Assembly (NCBI RefSeq): GCF_006345805.1 | Contig: NC_043008.1 | Span: 38,502,001-38,566,000 of the forward strand | From: Octopus sinensis | Taxonomy: Eukaryota | Reading direction: 5' to 3' | Length of the DNA stretch: 64,000 bases | Shown: positions 26,400 to 40,816 of the stretch, piece after piece | How positions within the stretch are numbered: the stretch's first letter is position 1 | Layout of the letters: every line of letters starts with the position of its first letter | Made by a program: the position numbers and the translations under genes | Notes under the pieces: generated by a model | What the model was told of the DNA's origin: nothing | The model's input: only the letters and a program-made list of their open reading frames with translations | Database searches by the model: none

Positions 26400-26608
26400 C
26401 ATGCAGATATATATATATGAGAGTGTGTGTGTAATATATATATATGTGTATTTGTGTGTGTGTGTAATGCATAAATATGCATATATATTATACACATATA
26501 AACACACACATCACATATACACATACATATACACACACACATACACACACATAGATTATATATACAATATATATGTATATATATATATATATTATATATA
26601 TATATATA

Positions 26609-26651
<43 letters not shown>

Positions 26652-26662
26652 ATATATATTAT

Positions 26663-26693
<31 letters not shown>

Positions 26694-26715
26694 CTATATA
26701 TATATATATACATAA

Positions 26716-26767
<52 letters not shown>

Positions 26768-26805
26768 GTATGTATGTATATGTATATATATATATATTAT
26801 ATATA

Positions 26806-26838
<33 letters not shown>

Positions 26839-26840
26839 AA
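26400..26840. repeat. (TA)n-dominated microsatellite field
   Basis: Direct reading. Confidence 0.95.
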
Positions 26841-27501
26841 TTTTGTTATTTGTGTATGCAGGGATTTGGCAAAGAGGTGAAAGCAATATGTTGATAGAAA
26901 GAAGCAAAATAGGGAGTAGGAGAAATCCATTGATTGTCCCTAATAACAAGAGAATCCTTAGAGGGTAGGAGATATGTGTGAAAAAGAAAAAAACAAATAT
27001 CTATAACAGGCAAAGAAATACCCGATTAGAATGAAGAGGAAAGGAGGAGAGGCGGAATATATATGGAAAGGAAGACATAGAGGAAAAAGCGTTTGGTATA
27101 TCATATCAGAATACTGATTGAGAGAGCAATGCATAAAGGAAGGATGCAGAGTTTGAGAAAGAGAAATAGAAATATGGATAGTAATAATAATAATAATAAT
27201 AATGATCATGAGGATGATGATGATGATGGTGATGGTGATAAAAGTGAACGTATGACATGAGGTGGGAAAGTGCATAAGGAGTTACAGGGGTACTTGAACA
27301 GGGAGAAAGAGGTGTATACGTTCTTCCTGCTCCAAATGAAATTTGGAAATGGAGAGAGAAAAAGTGAAATATGTTATGAAAGGAAAGAAAGGTGTATGAT
27401 ATCAAGTGAGGGAGGAGTAAGTAAAAGAGAGAGAGAAAGAGAGACTAGCAGCTAGATAGAGAGGTGTAAAGCATAAAATACAGGACTGATCTATATATGT
27501 A

Positions 27502-27540
<39 letters not shown>

Positions 27541-28168
27541 GTATATTCACAAACACACATACGTATGGAAAGAGAGACAGAAAGAGAAAGACAGAGGTAG
27601 GGAGTAAGAGTAATTGAACAAGAGTGGAGGAAAAGCGAGATATGCCAAGTTATAGAAAGATATGATGGCCCAGGAATCAATAAATAATCATGAAGATCAA
27701 TATCGAAGCTTAGATAGTTGTTTATATTAATATCCATTCATAGAAATCTATGCCTGTCTGGTCAAAAGCAACTATTCCAGTGATTCCACAGTCTACCGGA
27801 TATTTGCCAGACTTGTAGTGAATGGTAAAATGTTCTTTGATAGCTTCAGAGACATTAGATCTATAAGAAGCTGGCGTGTTTTGCTGACAATGCAAGATGT
27901 TTTATTAACAATCTCTGAATTTTCATAAATTCAAATCTGTGTGACTTAGTTCTCCTCGATAACAGATTTGGTACTTTGAAAATAAATATATGAAAGTTCT
28001 GGCTCATATGCACATGATCTTTAAGTTTACCTTTCGGGTATAAATTACTTGCTGAAGATATAAACATGTTGTGGTTCATGTGTCAGACTTTGCTAGCAAA
28101 GCAATATGAATAATCTCCTAATTCAGTTACTATTTTCTTTTTCCTTTTGCTGCAAAATATATTCCATA

Positions 28169-28209
<41 letters not shown>

Positions 28210-28235
28210 TATTATTATTATCATTATTATTATTA

Positions 28236-28269
<34 letters not shown>

Positions 28270-28274
28270 GAACA

Positions 28275-28770
28275 CAGTGAGCTGGCAGAATCATTAGCAT
28301 ACCTGACATAATCCTTAGCTGCATATCATCTGTCTTTATGTCCTGTGTTCAAAGTTCTGCTGAGGTCGACTTTGCTGTTTATCATTTCAGAGTTGATAAA
28401 ATAATTACCGGTTGTGTATTGGGGTTAATGTAATCAACCTACCCACTTCCCACAAATTTCCTGGCCTTCTATCTATTGTAGAAATGATTATCATTATTAT
28501 TATTATTGTTGTTGTTATTATTATTATCATTATTAAGGTGGTGAGCTGGCAGAATCGTTAGCACATCAGGTGAAATGCGTAGCCATATTTCGTCTGCCTC
28601 TACGTTCTGGGTTCAATTTCCACCGAGGTCAACTTTGCCTTTCATTCTTTCGGGATCGATAAATTAAGTACCAGTTACGCACTGGGGCCGATGTAACCGA
28701 CTTAATCCATTTGTCTGTCCTTGTTTGTCCCCTCTGTGTTTATTCCCTTGTGGGTAGTAAAGAAATAGGT
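28275..28770 (+). mobile_element. Two tandem family D SINEs, each preceded by (ATT)n
   Basis: GAGCTGGCAGAATC.TTAGCA heads near 28280 and 28543; different 3' tails. Confidence 0.85.
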
Positions 28771-29299
28771 ATTATTTCCCTTGAGAGCATGCTCAAGGTT
28801 TCCATGTAAATTATGGTGGTGTTGCTGTTTCCAAAGTTTTATTTTCGTTTCTCCGTTATTAATTTTACTTATGCCTCTATCTTAGTAGAAACTGGTGGAT
28901 AAAGTAATCAAACTACATAAAAATGGCAGCACAACCGTTCTGAAATTAAAAAATACTAACATATTCAACAACAATAATAAGTTTAATTTATCCTTGACAA
29001 TTTTTAGTTTTACCAATTTTTAATATATTGCTCCTGTTTAAAACCTCTTACCTACTTGACAATTGCATTTCTAGCTCTGTTTTGAAGGAAGCTTCACTTC
29101 TTGGACTCATGTTTTTGTGTGCATCGATGTTGTTAAACCTTCATTAACAGCACCTTATTTTCTTTCATGCATGGATAAATTTTTCACTATAGACCTTAAT
29201 CGTCATATCAGTGGATAGGCTAAAAAAGACATTCGTCGAGAAAACTGTCCCTGTTCCCACTGCAGATGACATACACACAGTATTATAAACATGGCCTGT

Positions 29300-29529
29300 A
29301 CAACCACCGTCACATTCCATGACTACCATTGGGATTGATTAGGTACCAGACAGGGATTCTGGTTTCTTTCTTTAATTTTTGAGAGCAGTCGGGTTCATTT
29401 TTAATATCCTCATTTGTGAGAGCAGTCGAGTTTATTTCAGATATTCTCATTTTAAAAATCATCTCTGGCACATTGAGAGGACGTTGGTGTTGTCTTGTCA
29501 GAGGCTTGTGCTCTCTGAGTGCTCTTGTT
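29300..29529 (-). mobile_element. Possible Helentron/HINE-like non-autonomous element fragment
   Basis: Minus strand starts AACAAGAGCACTCAGAGAGCAC, a terminus style recalled for such elements; single copy here. Confidence 0.4.
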
Positions 29530-30781
29530 GTACCTGTAATGATGAAAGACAAAGCTGACCTCTGTGGGATTTGAACTCAGAATGTAAAGAGCTGCAAGAA
29601 ATGCTGTTAAGCATTTTGTTTGATGTGCTAATGATTCTAAAACATATATCAACATTAAGATCCTTAATACGTATTTTCCGGGTTTTTTTAAATCTTGATA
29701 TTAATCAAACCATGACCTTTCTTAAAAAAAGCTCTTTTTATTATTTTTATTGTAAGTTTTAAGCATATTAATTATAATCAGCACTAATTGTCTTATATTT
29801 TACAGTGTTGATGTACAATAATGAAATAAAAATTACACACTCAATTAACACACAGATGCAAATATTTACTGTGAAAATAAATATTCTAAAGTAAATATTT
29901 AAGCCTAATTCATGAAAGATTTCATCTGAAAAAATGTGTTTTTTTCTTCTTTTTGTATATATATTTATATTATGTTTGTTTTTTCTATGTAATATAGAGA
30001 GGAATATTTAATACCATATTCAAGAGGAAAGAAATATGGCTGAAACTCTCAAAGAAAATATTTAACCTGTTTATCCATATGTTGAATTTTGTGGAATTTG
30101 AAATAACTTCTGTAAAAAAATTCTAAGTGATATTACTACTGGTTTCAGAAACCTTATTGATGTTAATGTTTGAATATTCACTTTTATTGCCACAGTTGGT
30201 ATGTCTGGCTGAACTGACCACTGGACTATCGTTGTTTTTTTACATCCTTGATCCTGAAATGAAAACAACCCCAGGAAGGTATATATTTGCCTGTCAAATA
30301 CATCTTCAAATAGAAGAAGGATAGGAACAGGAAAACATTAAATAGAAAGCTTAATTTAATTTCTTTTATATGTGTTTATTTCTGTTTTTCACAACAGCTG
30401 CTCTGGTTAATCTGGGTTTAATTCAAATACAAATATACATCCTTCATCTCTATCACCAGTGGAGCTTCATGGCTGAGTGGCTGCAGTGTTCAGTCTATAA
30501 ACATAAGGCCATGGGTTCAATGTGTTAACCATGCGACACATTGTGTCCATGAGCACAAAATTTCATTTCACATTCTCCCTGTTGAAGGAGTCTTAGTGAA
30601 CAGCTAACTGCTGGTGCAAACCTCTCTTTCTCCAGCTGTCTGGGAGGGATGTCAAGATGCCTGTCTTTGCCATGACTACAAAAGCACCCAAAACATTTAG
30701 GTAAAGCATACTATATACTATTAGGTCATCCTCAATTCCTAGACACCATGTCTATCATCATTAGTATTAATATTATATATA

Positions 30782-31900
30782 AGGTGGCAAGCTGACAGAA
30801 TCTTTAGTGCACTGGATGAAATGCTAAGCAGTATTTCACCCGTTGCTACATTCTGAGTTCAAATTCTGCCGAGGTCAACTTTTGGCTTTCATCCTTTTGG
30901 GGTTTGTAAAATAATACCAGTTGAACATTGGAGTCAATGTAATCAACTCATCCCCACCTCCCCCAAGCTGCCCTTGTGGCAAAAGTTTGAAATAAATATT
31001 ATTGATATTATATGTAAGGTGGGGACAAGTTGGCAGATTTGTTTACCCAACATGCAAAATGTTTAGTGACATATTCAGTTGAAATTTAGCTGAGGTCACC
31101 TTTGCCTTTCATCCTTTTGAGGTTGATGAAATAAGTAGCAGTTGAGTTTAATCAACTTCCCACCTCTCCTGGAACTGCTGGCCTTGTGCCAAAATGTGAA
31201 ATCGTTATTAATGCTGTTTGGAAGGTGGTGCACTGGGAGAACCATTAGCACACCAGACAAAATGCTTCACAAAATTTCTTCCAGCTAAATGTTCTAAGTT
31301 CAAACTCTGCCAATGTCAACTCTGTCTTTCATCCTTTTGGGGTTAAAGTAACTGACCAACCCGCTCCCCATAAATTTCAGGCTTTGTGCCTATACTAGAA
31401 ATAAAAAAATAACTAAATGAGCCCTTTTAAAGCCTAGCCAGGCTCATGGGGCTGGTTTCCTGGTTTCAAATGCGTATGTGTTCCCCAGCTGGACGGGACG
31501 CCAGTCCATCGCAGCATTACTCATTTTTGTCAGCTGAGTGGACTAGAGCAACATGAAACGAAGTGTTTTGCTGAAGAACGCAATGCATTGCCCGGTCCAG
31601 GAATTGAAACCACAATCTTACGATCTGACACCCTAACCACTAAGCCACGCACCTACACCTATACTAGAAAAGATGATTAATATTGTTTGTGGTGAACTGA
31701 CATAATCTTTAGCACATGCAAACAAAATGCTCAATGGTATTTCTTCTGGCTTTTTACATCACAAGTTCAAATCCTGTTGAGGTTAACTTTGCCTTTCACC
31801 CTTTCAGGGTCGATAAAATAATACCAGTTGGACACTGGGGTCAATGTAATTGACTTATTCACTTCCTTCAAAGTTGCTGGCCTTGTGCCAAAGGTAGAAA
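30782..31900 (+). mobile_element. Cluster of four same-orientation family D SINEs
   Basis: Heads near 30783, 31020, 31223 and 31690, each with a CTTTCA(T/C)CCTTT core. Confidence 0.8.
31402..31657 (-). mobile_element. Family C SINE with 13-bp TSD CCTATACTAGAAA
   Basis: TSD at 31389-31401 and 31658-31670; contains V-domain-like GCGATGGACTGGCGTCCCGTCCAG. Confidence 0.9.
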
Positions 31901-32276
31901 AATTGCTTTTGTTTTTTAAATAACTGGTATCTTTTCCTAATTCTATGATCTCAAATATACTTATCAGTGTCGTTGCTGTCATCATCATCATCATCAGTAG
32001 CAGCAACTTTATCATCATCGTCATCTGGGGTTTGCACCTTGAAGAGTTTAGTCAATCAGATCAACCCCCAGAACTTATGAGTTGGGTACTTAATATATTG
32101 ATTTCTTTTGTTGAAGCACTCAGTTATGGGGACATAACCAAACCAACACCAGTCATCCAGCAGTGATAGACAAACACAAAGACACACACATACATACCAG
32201 TATTATAGGAGGATTGCAATTTCAATGGTTACAATCTGATGCAGTAGAAACATGTGTAGATCTATTTGAAGTAGTA

Positions 32277-32319
<43 letters not shown>

Positions 32320-32630
32320 AAATTAAAAGTAATGCTATGCTTCTTCATAATAATACTTATTATTACTATTATATGTACAATGGATATATTTTACATCTTC
32401 CAAATTTATTCACAAGATACTGATCAGCAAGAGGCAACAGTGGAAGACATAATGTATGATACGATTGAACCAAAAACTTTGTGGTCATAAAGTAAACTTC
32501 TTAACGGTAGATCTGTGGTCAGTTCAGCCAGACACATAAACTGTGGCAACAAAAGTGAATATTCAAACTTTAACATCAATAAGGTTTCTGAAACCAGAAG
32601 TAATATCACTTAGAATTTCTTTACAGAAGT

Positions 32631-33025
32631 TACTCTTACTCTTTTACTTGTTTCAGTCATTTGACTGCGGCCATGCTGGAGTACCGCCTTTAGTCGAGCA
32701 AATCGACCCCGGGACTTATTCTTTGTAAGCCTAGTACTTATTCTATCGGTCTCTTTTGCCGAACCGCTAAGTTACGGGGACATAAACACACCAGCATCGG
32801 TTGTCAAGCAATGATAGAGGGACAAACACAGACACACAAACACACACATACATATATATACATATATACGACAGGCTTCTTTCAGTTTCCGTCTACCAAA
32901 CCCACTCACAAGGCATTGGTCGGCCCAAGGCTATTGTAGAAGACACTTGCCCAAGATGCCACGCAGTGGGACTGAATCCAGAACCATGTGGTCATTTAGC
33001 AAGCTACTTACCACACAGCCACTCC
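32631..33025 (-). mobile_element. Young SINE family A inserted in the right inverted repeat
   Basis: CpG-rich, very similar to 40817-41234. Confidence 0.9.
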
Positions 33026-33748
33026 TGGAATTTCAAATTCTACAAAATTCAACATATGGATAAACAGGTTAAATATTTCCTTTGAGAGTTTTGGCATTCC
33101 AGCGTTTATATATAAGATGGAAGAATATCAAGGCTTCATTTCTAACTCCAATATTTTTTTTATATTTCATTTTAGACTAAACTGTAAAACAACACCTAAG
33201 AATGTAAATATTTCTAAGGGACTCAGAAGATCCATATATATTTTATATCTGATTTTGTTCCCATAGCAGTGGGATGAGAGTTTATTTTTCCTGGATAGTA
33301 TACCAGGCTATAATCACTAAATTTCGCATTTCTCCAATTTCCAAATAAAACACCTCACTGAAAACATAAACTGCTTCTTATTCTTAAAACACACTATCGA
33401 CATTCTTTATATTTTTACCTTCCACTTAGAAACACATTGTTTATGCTTAAGCATATGATTGGCATTTGCCATTAAATGTTTCACATCTCATTAGAATTCT
33501 TTGGTTTGGCACGAAAGACCACCACTTAAATGGACACCTCCTAGCAACCAGCCAGCTGTCAAGTTTGCTTACACAATTCTGCTGCCACATAATTTAGATA
33601 TACAAGAAAAGCAGGCTTGTACTCAACTCAGCCTGTTTCTTTTCACTTACTTATAAACTAAGTGGCTAGCTTGGATTCTAGATTTTTTCAGAACACTTCA
33701 TTCACATAAACTATGTTCAATGTATGAGAAATCATGTAAGTGTATGCC

Positions 33749-33833
<85 letters not shown>

Positions 33834-33866
33834 GTACATGTACGTGTATTTGTGTGTGCATGTGTA

Positions 33867-33919
<53 letters not shown>

Positions 33920-34267
33920 CCATATATATATATATATATTATATGATAGATTATAAAGATATAGGTATGTGTGTTTGTGTGGTTGTGACCATGTGTGAGA
34001 ACATGTATACTCACACATACACATATATAACAGATGGTTCTGAGTAGGCAATTTAAATACAGATCAGGTAAATATTTTCGAATTGGTCTTTTTGTTGTTT
34101 TTTACTTGGTATCCCTATATCAGATAACAGAAATAAAATCAACAATATACAAGGTTTGTCTCATATACATGCATGCAATCATACATACAAACACACACAC
34201 ACACATACAGATACACACGTATGCTCACATGAATATACATATAAATGTATGTGTGCATGAATATACA

Positions 34268-34332
<65 letters not shown>

Positions 34333-34597
34333 TATATATATATGTATGTATATATATATAAATATACACATATGCATGTGTATGTTTTTATGCACATACA
34401 TATACATACATCTGTACATACATATATACACACATGCATATACATGTACACACACACACACACAAAACATTCACCTCACATACATATGAAACAGTTAATC
34501 ATACAGGAACATATACACACATGCAATCCAACTTCTGCTACCGTACATTTCTGACATTTATTTAGGCACAGACACCCACTTAGATAAAGTGCCACAT

Positions 34598-34692
<95 letters not shown>

Positions 34693-35399
34693 CAGAAGTA
34701 GTAGTAGTGGTAGTAATAGTAAGAAAAACACACTGGTCAATCATTCCCAGAAGATATATCATACCTACTCCCAACATTAATGAAGGGCTCCCTACAAATT
34801 AATGAAGGGCTCCCTACAAAATTAAATTGACATGCTAGAAATCTTCCCCAACTGTTTTTAGAAATAGTAGAAAACATTATAGAATGTAATCCCAGGTAGA
34901 CATTTCGCCACTCACCCCAAAGATTTGGGTAGTCATGGTAGAAACCGTTTTAATCATAAGTCTGATCAGTCAAAGTAATATGGATGTTAAACAACAACAT
35001 TTGACAGCCAAAATGAATTAAATATAATGTTCAGCAGTGAGGCAGATTTGAACCCTTGTCTAGTGTGAGCTAACAGTTCAATAACTTACCCCCTCAGCTA
35101 TCTCACATTGATGATAAATCTCATAAAGTGATTTGAACTCAACAATACAAGCTCACAAGATTTTAGACAAGTTGTAAGAAAATTTGTGTCATTTATAAAA
35201 GACACAGTAATGGCTCTGTGGTTAAGAATTTAGTTTGCAGTCACAAGGTTCCAGTTTCAATTTCCAGTGCAAGGTGCTTTGGGCAAGTGTTTTATACTAT
35301 TGTATTGGGTTGAGTAATATTTGAGAGCATGATTTGTTAAACAATCTCTGCAGAAGGCGAAAAGTTCAAATATGAAGCTTTACTTCTGCAATTAAGTCT

Positions 35400-35650
35400 T
35401 TATTCAATTCAGCTGGGTTGTTACTGCCGGCATCAGTTGTTAGTTGTCGGAGCACCACATCCTTCAAAACTTCCATGCTTTCTGAGATTCGCCAACACTA
35501 CACCTGATTTTCTCCCCTCAATACACACGCAAGCATGTATCTGACTAATACGCTGTTCACTTTCCAGATATTTGTACATTACTGCATATGCTTTATACAC
35601 ACTTTTGACAAGTTGTGGTGCACCTGAGCACTGTATACAATAATTTCATT
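35400..35650 (+). mobile_element. 3' end of CR1/L2-like LINE with (ATT)n tail
   Basis: LPASVVSCRSTTSFKTSM resembles the CR1/L2 ORF2 C-terminus; followed by UTR and (ATT)n. Confidence 0.6.
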
Positions 35651-37173
35651 ATTATTATTATTATTATTATTATATTATTATTATTATTATTATTATTATT
35701 ATCATCATTATTATTATTATCACTGGTGGTATTATGAATACAACAATCTTTATACAGCAATCTTTCTCACACTAGAGCGTTGGATAGATTACTTTGCAGT
35801 ATTAATTTTAACTCTATTTCTAGAGTTTAAATACTGCTAAAAACAACTTCACCTTTCGTTCTTTGGGTGGGGACGATAGAGTCAGTAAATAAAGTACCAG
35901 ACATATACTGGAGTCAATTCTTCTCTTCCTCTATCTTTCTTTCAATCTGTCTTCCTGGAAGAAACTAGCCAGAGGAATGGATTCTGCCGGGTCTAAAACT
36001 TGGCAAGACATGCTATATATCAAACGGCACCTTTGTGACTCTATCAGATATTGAGCTCACTGCCTTTAAATTTTAATTCATGTTTGTTGTTGTTGTTTTT
36101 GCCATTGTTGCATTGTTTAACCCCAGGTTAGCTCTGACAGAGCAAACATATGATCAAAGACATTCTAGCCATAATCCTCCAATCTTATTTTCAGATGTTG
36201 TATATTTGATATGTTATCTTAGAATCTTTTAATCTCCTTTTTAAAAGTTGATAGAGTATGATTTGAGGAAGATTTAGCTGCTCTTTCTAGCTGGGCATAT
36301 AAACATGTAACGGTTCCCTTAGCTCTTTTACTTCATGGTTGAATGGGTAAGCATAGAAATTGTTACCAGGTGTAAAAATAAGATCTTTTTACACCAAAAA
36401 CATGTAAATACAAATTCACAAAGTCTATTCGCTAAATTTGACATGCAAAAGTGAACAAGAAAAAAACAAAATTTTAAATAAATGAATTTACATAAAAAGA
36501 AAAAGAAAAAAGGAAAAAGAATCTTGAAGATATTTCATAAAAAGGATTCTGAGTAGTATTTTATACAAGAAATAATTAATAAAGTAATTTTTTTTTCTGT
36601 TATTTCTGTACAATGATGTATTCTTCATTTCAAGATTTAAGTTCAGTTGATTTAAAAATGAAAGAAACGTACGAATTTGAGATAATTTGTGAACTTATTA
36701 AATTTATACATCATTTTTATAAAATTTTATCAATTGAATTATAAAAAAAAAATATATATCTGACTCAGACTAAAGTTTCTAAATTAATACCTGCAGTTTA
36801 AATTTACTAAATTAGATGATGTAAAAAAAAGAGCTTTAAAATACTAAATAAAATGTTAAAATGCAATCAATTTGGATTAATTTCATGTAATAAAGCTAAA
36901 AAGCAAGTACTTTATTAAACCAACTACACTAATTAAGTGTAGTATTTAATAAAAAAAAATATAGGACTATACTAATAGTCAAAATGTAATAAATGAATCC
37001 GAAATAATAAATTATCAAGAATCACAGAAAGTAAAAGCCAAATAAATAAATGAATGAATTTTCAAAAAATAAATTGAATTAAAATTAATTATTCTGTGGT
37101 TCATAGTATAAATTTTGAAATTTAATTAAACAGTCTGAGAAATGAAAGAATATTATTGAAGAGTTAACATTAC

Positions 37174-37210
37174 CATACTGAGGAACCAAGATGAAACGAA
37201 TTATACATAC
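37174..37210 (-). CDS. Candidate 37-nt internal exon, (G)MYNSFHLGSSV(W/C/*)
   Basis: Strong acceptor TTTCCTTTTCTTATATTTCAG, donor GTAATG, lies in about 1 kb of repeat-free AT-rich DNA. Confidence 0.4.
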
Positions 37211-37739
37211 CTGAAATATAAGAAAAGGAAATTTAGAAGTCATGTTTCATGATTTGTTTGATTTTATTTTTAATTTACTTTATATCATTTTATTTTATTT
37301 CATTTCTGTCATCATTCCATTTCAAGTCGATTTCAGTTTGTTCTTGAATACAATTCTAGCAAAATTTCAATAAAATTATAAGTTGAAATGAGAAAACAAT
37401 AAAAGTTAAGACAATATATAAATTGAAAATTATGAATGGTAGTATGGCGGTAAAAAATACCATAGAACTAGACAAAATTATTGATTTCTTACATCAACAT
37501 AAGGCCTGAAATTTAGAGAAGGTGGAGGAATATACAGTCAATTATATTAATTTCCATTCCTTGACTGGCATATTATTTCATCAATCTCCAATTCCTACAA
37601 ACGGATATAACAGATTTTGTTGATCTCAGCAGAATTTGAACCCAGAACATAAAGAATCAGAACAAATGCTGCAAAGCTTTTTTTTCCCCCAGTGCTGCAA
37701 TGACTCTGCTTGACCATTGTCCTAGTGATAATAATTGTT

Positions 37740-38110
37740 TCTAATTTAAGTGCAAGACTAGCACTTTTGAGGGGAGAAGGCTGGTCAATTAGATTGATCC
37801 TAGTAATTGACTGATATTTTTATTGACATTTGAAGGATGAAAGGCAATTCATTTCATTCATTGTTTGACCGTGGTCGAGACAATGGAACTTACTATGTTA
37901 TGCCAGACTTCACGGTCCATCATAGCATTATGGCTGTCCTATTGCTGGATGCCTGTATCCCTGGAGATTACATCGCGATACCAGAGGTTGCACACTCTCC
38001 TACCCTGATGTAAGGCAAAGTTGACCTCAGCAGGATTTGAACTCTGAATATAAAGAGTTGAAACTAAATACCACAGGGCATTTTCTTTGAAGTTCTAAGG
38101 AGTCTGCCAA
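37740..38110 (-). mobile_element. Family D SINE interrupted by a LINE fragment
   Basis: GAAGGATGAAAGGCAA ... AGTTGACCTCAGCAGGATTTGAACTC. Confidence 0.75.
37848..38006 (-). mobile_element. 159-bp 5'-truncated RTE-like LINE 3' end with 12-bp TSD
   Basis: YRDVISRDTGIQQ*DSHNAMMDREVWHNIV; (TGAA)n tail; TSD GATG(A/T)AAGGCAA at 37836-37847 and 38007-38018. Confidence 0.8.
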
Positions 38111-39317
38111 ATTATTATCAAATACATTTGATTTTGATCTTTTAGATTCTAAGTCCAACTCCTATTAGCACTGGCATAGATAGCTGAGTCAGGCATAACT
38201 AGTGATATACATGCAAATATTATGGATCAATGAAGGCACGCGATGTGGTGGTAAGGATGCTGGAGTCTTAACCATAAGGTTGTGGGTTCATTTTCAGCAC
38301 TAGGCAGCACTTAGTGTCCTTGAGCAAGGCATTTCATTTAATATGGCTCCAGTCTACTCAGGTGAAAATGAGTTGCTGTTGAGTGCTGGTGCAGCTCTCT
38401 CTTCAATGATTGCATTCTTGAGTCAAGAGGTACCAGAACTGAGAAAATGTCTTAAGTCAAGAAGGTGGCAAGCTGGCAGAAACGTTAGCACACTGGGCAA
38501 AATGCTTTGTGTTATTTTGTCTGCCACTGCATTCTGAGTTTAAATTCTGCTGAGGTCAAGTGACTGAAACAAGTAAATGAGTAAGATATATATATATATA
38601 ATATATACATATACACAGCAATCTCCATCTAACAAATCCACTCAGAAGGCATTATTAGTCAACACCCAGATCAGATAAAAGACCCTTGGCCAAAGTGGTT
38701 CTGTGCAGTGGGACTGAACCTGAAATCACTTGTTTACAAACATCTTCATCACACAGCCTAATGACTGTACCTATAGCAAAAAGTGATTTCAATATCAAAA
38801 TAGTGTCTCATCTAAATAAGTTCAATATCCTTTCCCAGAGATCAAAAAAATTATTCACTCATTGACAGGTAGCTGAAAATAAACATATGAAAGTGAAACT
38901 AGAGACAATTTCGCAAAAGACAATAACTAACAAAGCAAAAAAAAAAATGCTTTATGTGTGATTTTCGTATATTGCGAGGATATGAGAGTTATAAATAAGA
39001 TAAGCAGACAGCAGAATAGAAGAATGGTGGTTCAATATGTATGAGAAGGTGGGGGGGGGGGTACTTTGTTGAATCCAAAATTTAAATATAAAATGCAGTC
39101 CATTAAAAAGAGAGTACCATTTGATTATTTAACACTGAAAATACACGAATCATATACGCACAAACACACACATGCACACACACACACACAGACACATAAG
39201 AACACACACACATGCAGGCGCACACAGACACACACAAACAAACAAATACAAAATCAAATGAAGCCGGACTGAAATTGCCAAAAAGTGCATTAAAATATCA
39301 TGTTAGCACTCACAAAT

Positions 39318-39395
<78 letters not shown>

Positions 39396-39417
39396 AAGGT
39401 GGAGATGGTGGTGGTGA

Positions 39418-39473
<56 letters not shown>

Positions 39474-39935
39474 AAGAACAATGATTATAAAGAAGTAGAC
39501 AATCTCGAGTAGTCTACCAATCCTGCCCTGCCCTGCCCTCCTCCATCAAAACAGTTTACTCTCAATGCAACGATTAAATAAAGTGTTCCAAGTTTGAATC
39601 AACAACTGCTTAATTAACCCATTTTATGTTGTAAATTCAATGAATAAAACATGAGTAAATGAGAGAGAAAGAGAGAGGGATGAAGAGAAAGAGGGAGAGA
39701 GAGAGAGAGAGGAAGAGAAAGAGCGAGAGAGAGAGAAAGAGAGAGAGATGGACAGATGGATAAATACGTAGATACTTCTATGTATGTCTGTATGTATGTA
39801 TGTCTGTATGCGTGTATGTACGTCTGTATGTATGCATAGCCATATATTATATATATATATAAGTAAATAAATATATATTTATATATATATTATCATAAGA
39901 GATACATATATAATATATATACATATATATATACA

Positions 39936-39988
<53 letters not shown>

Positions 39989-40011
39989 CATATATATATA
40001 CATATATATAA

Positions 40012-40052
<41 letters not shown>

Positions 40053-40816
40053 ATATATATACGTATGCATGTATGTAGGTTTATGTATAGAGAGAAAGTA
40101 ACAAAAAAATAAAGACAAGAGAGTCAGAGAAAGAAGAATGAACAGAGATATAAGAGAAGATAATGAGAGAGAGGGAGGGAAAGAGGAAGAGAGAGGGAGA
40201 GGAACAGAGAGAGAAGAGTTGTCTGTTTTAAAACTGATTGGTTTCATTTGTAATTCTAATTCAACAGGAAGACATTGGGAAAATTGAGGGCAATAAAAAG
40301 GCAGTTATTAAATAATCTGAGAGAAAAAACAAAAAAAAAAACAAAAACAAAAACAAAAACAAAGACAAAAGCGGTGCAGGGCAAAAGATGTTACATAATT
40401 ATTACAGAGAAGAAGAAGAAAAAGAAACAAAAGAAAAGAGAAAAAAAACAGCAGCAGCAGCAGCAAAAGGACTGGACTGGACAGAGATTTTGATAAAAGA
40501 GATAGGAAATATGGGGAAAGGTTGGGCAGGAGGGAAGAAAGAAAAAAATTGAAGGTGGAAGATTGGAAGATAAAAGTGCATGGGAAGAGAAGAAAGTTAA
40601 AGGCTGCTATGGAGAGAGAAAGGGGGAGGGAGGAAGACAGGGAGGAGGTAGAGAGAATGCAGTATAAGATGAACAAGGAAGGGAAGAAAACCAACAAATA
40701 ATACTGGACATGAAATTGATGTGAGAAATAGTTTATGTTAATGAAAGGAATGTAAGAAATTACAGAGCCGATGATAATAGAAACAGATATATGGATAATA
40801 AATTGACAGTGAAATA

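Larger units (their letters stand above)
30038..33095. mobile_element. About 3-kb region bounded by about 190-bp inverted repeats (putative DNA transposon shell)
   Basis: 30038-30232 is the reverse complement of 32503-32632 plus 33030-33095. Confidence 0.7.

Noticed and set aside
29045-29200. Minus-strand donor AG|GTAAGA near 29050 as the next coding exon
   Set aside because: Upstream frames stop quickly and no acceptor gives a compatible phase
34777-34820. Short local duplications (22 bp here, 21 bp at about 19652-19695, 10 bp x3 at about 3545-3573)
   Set aside because: Ordinary replication slippage products
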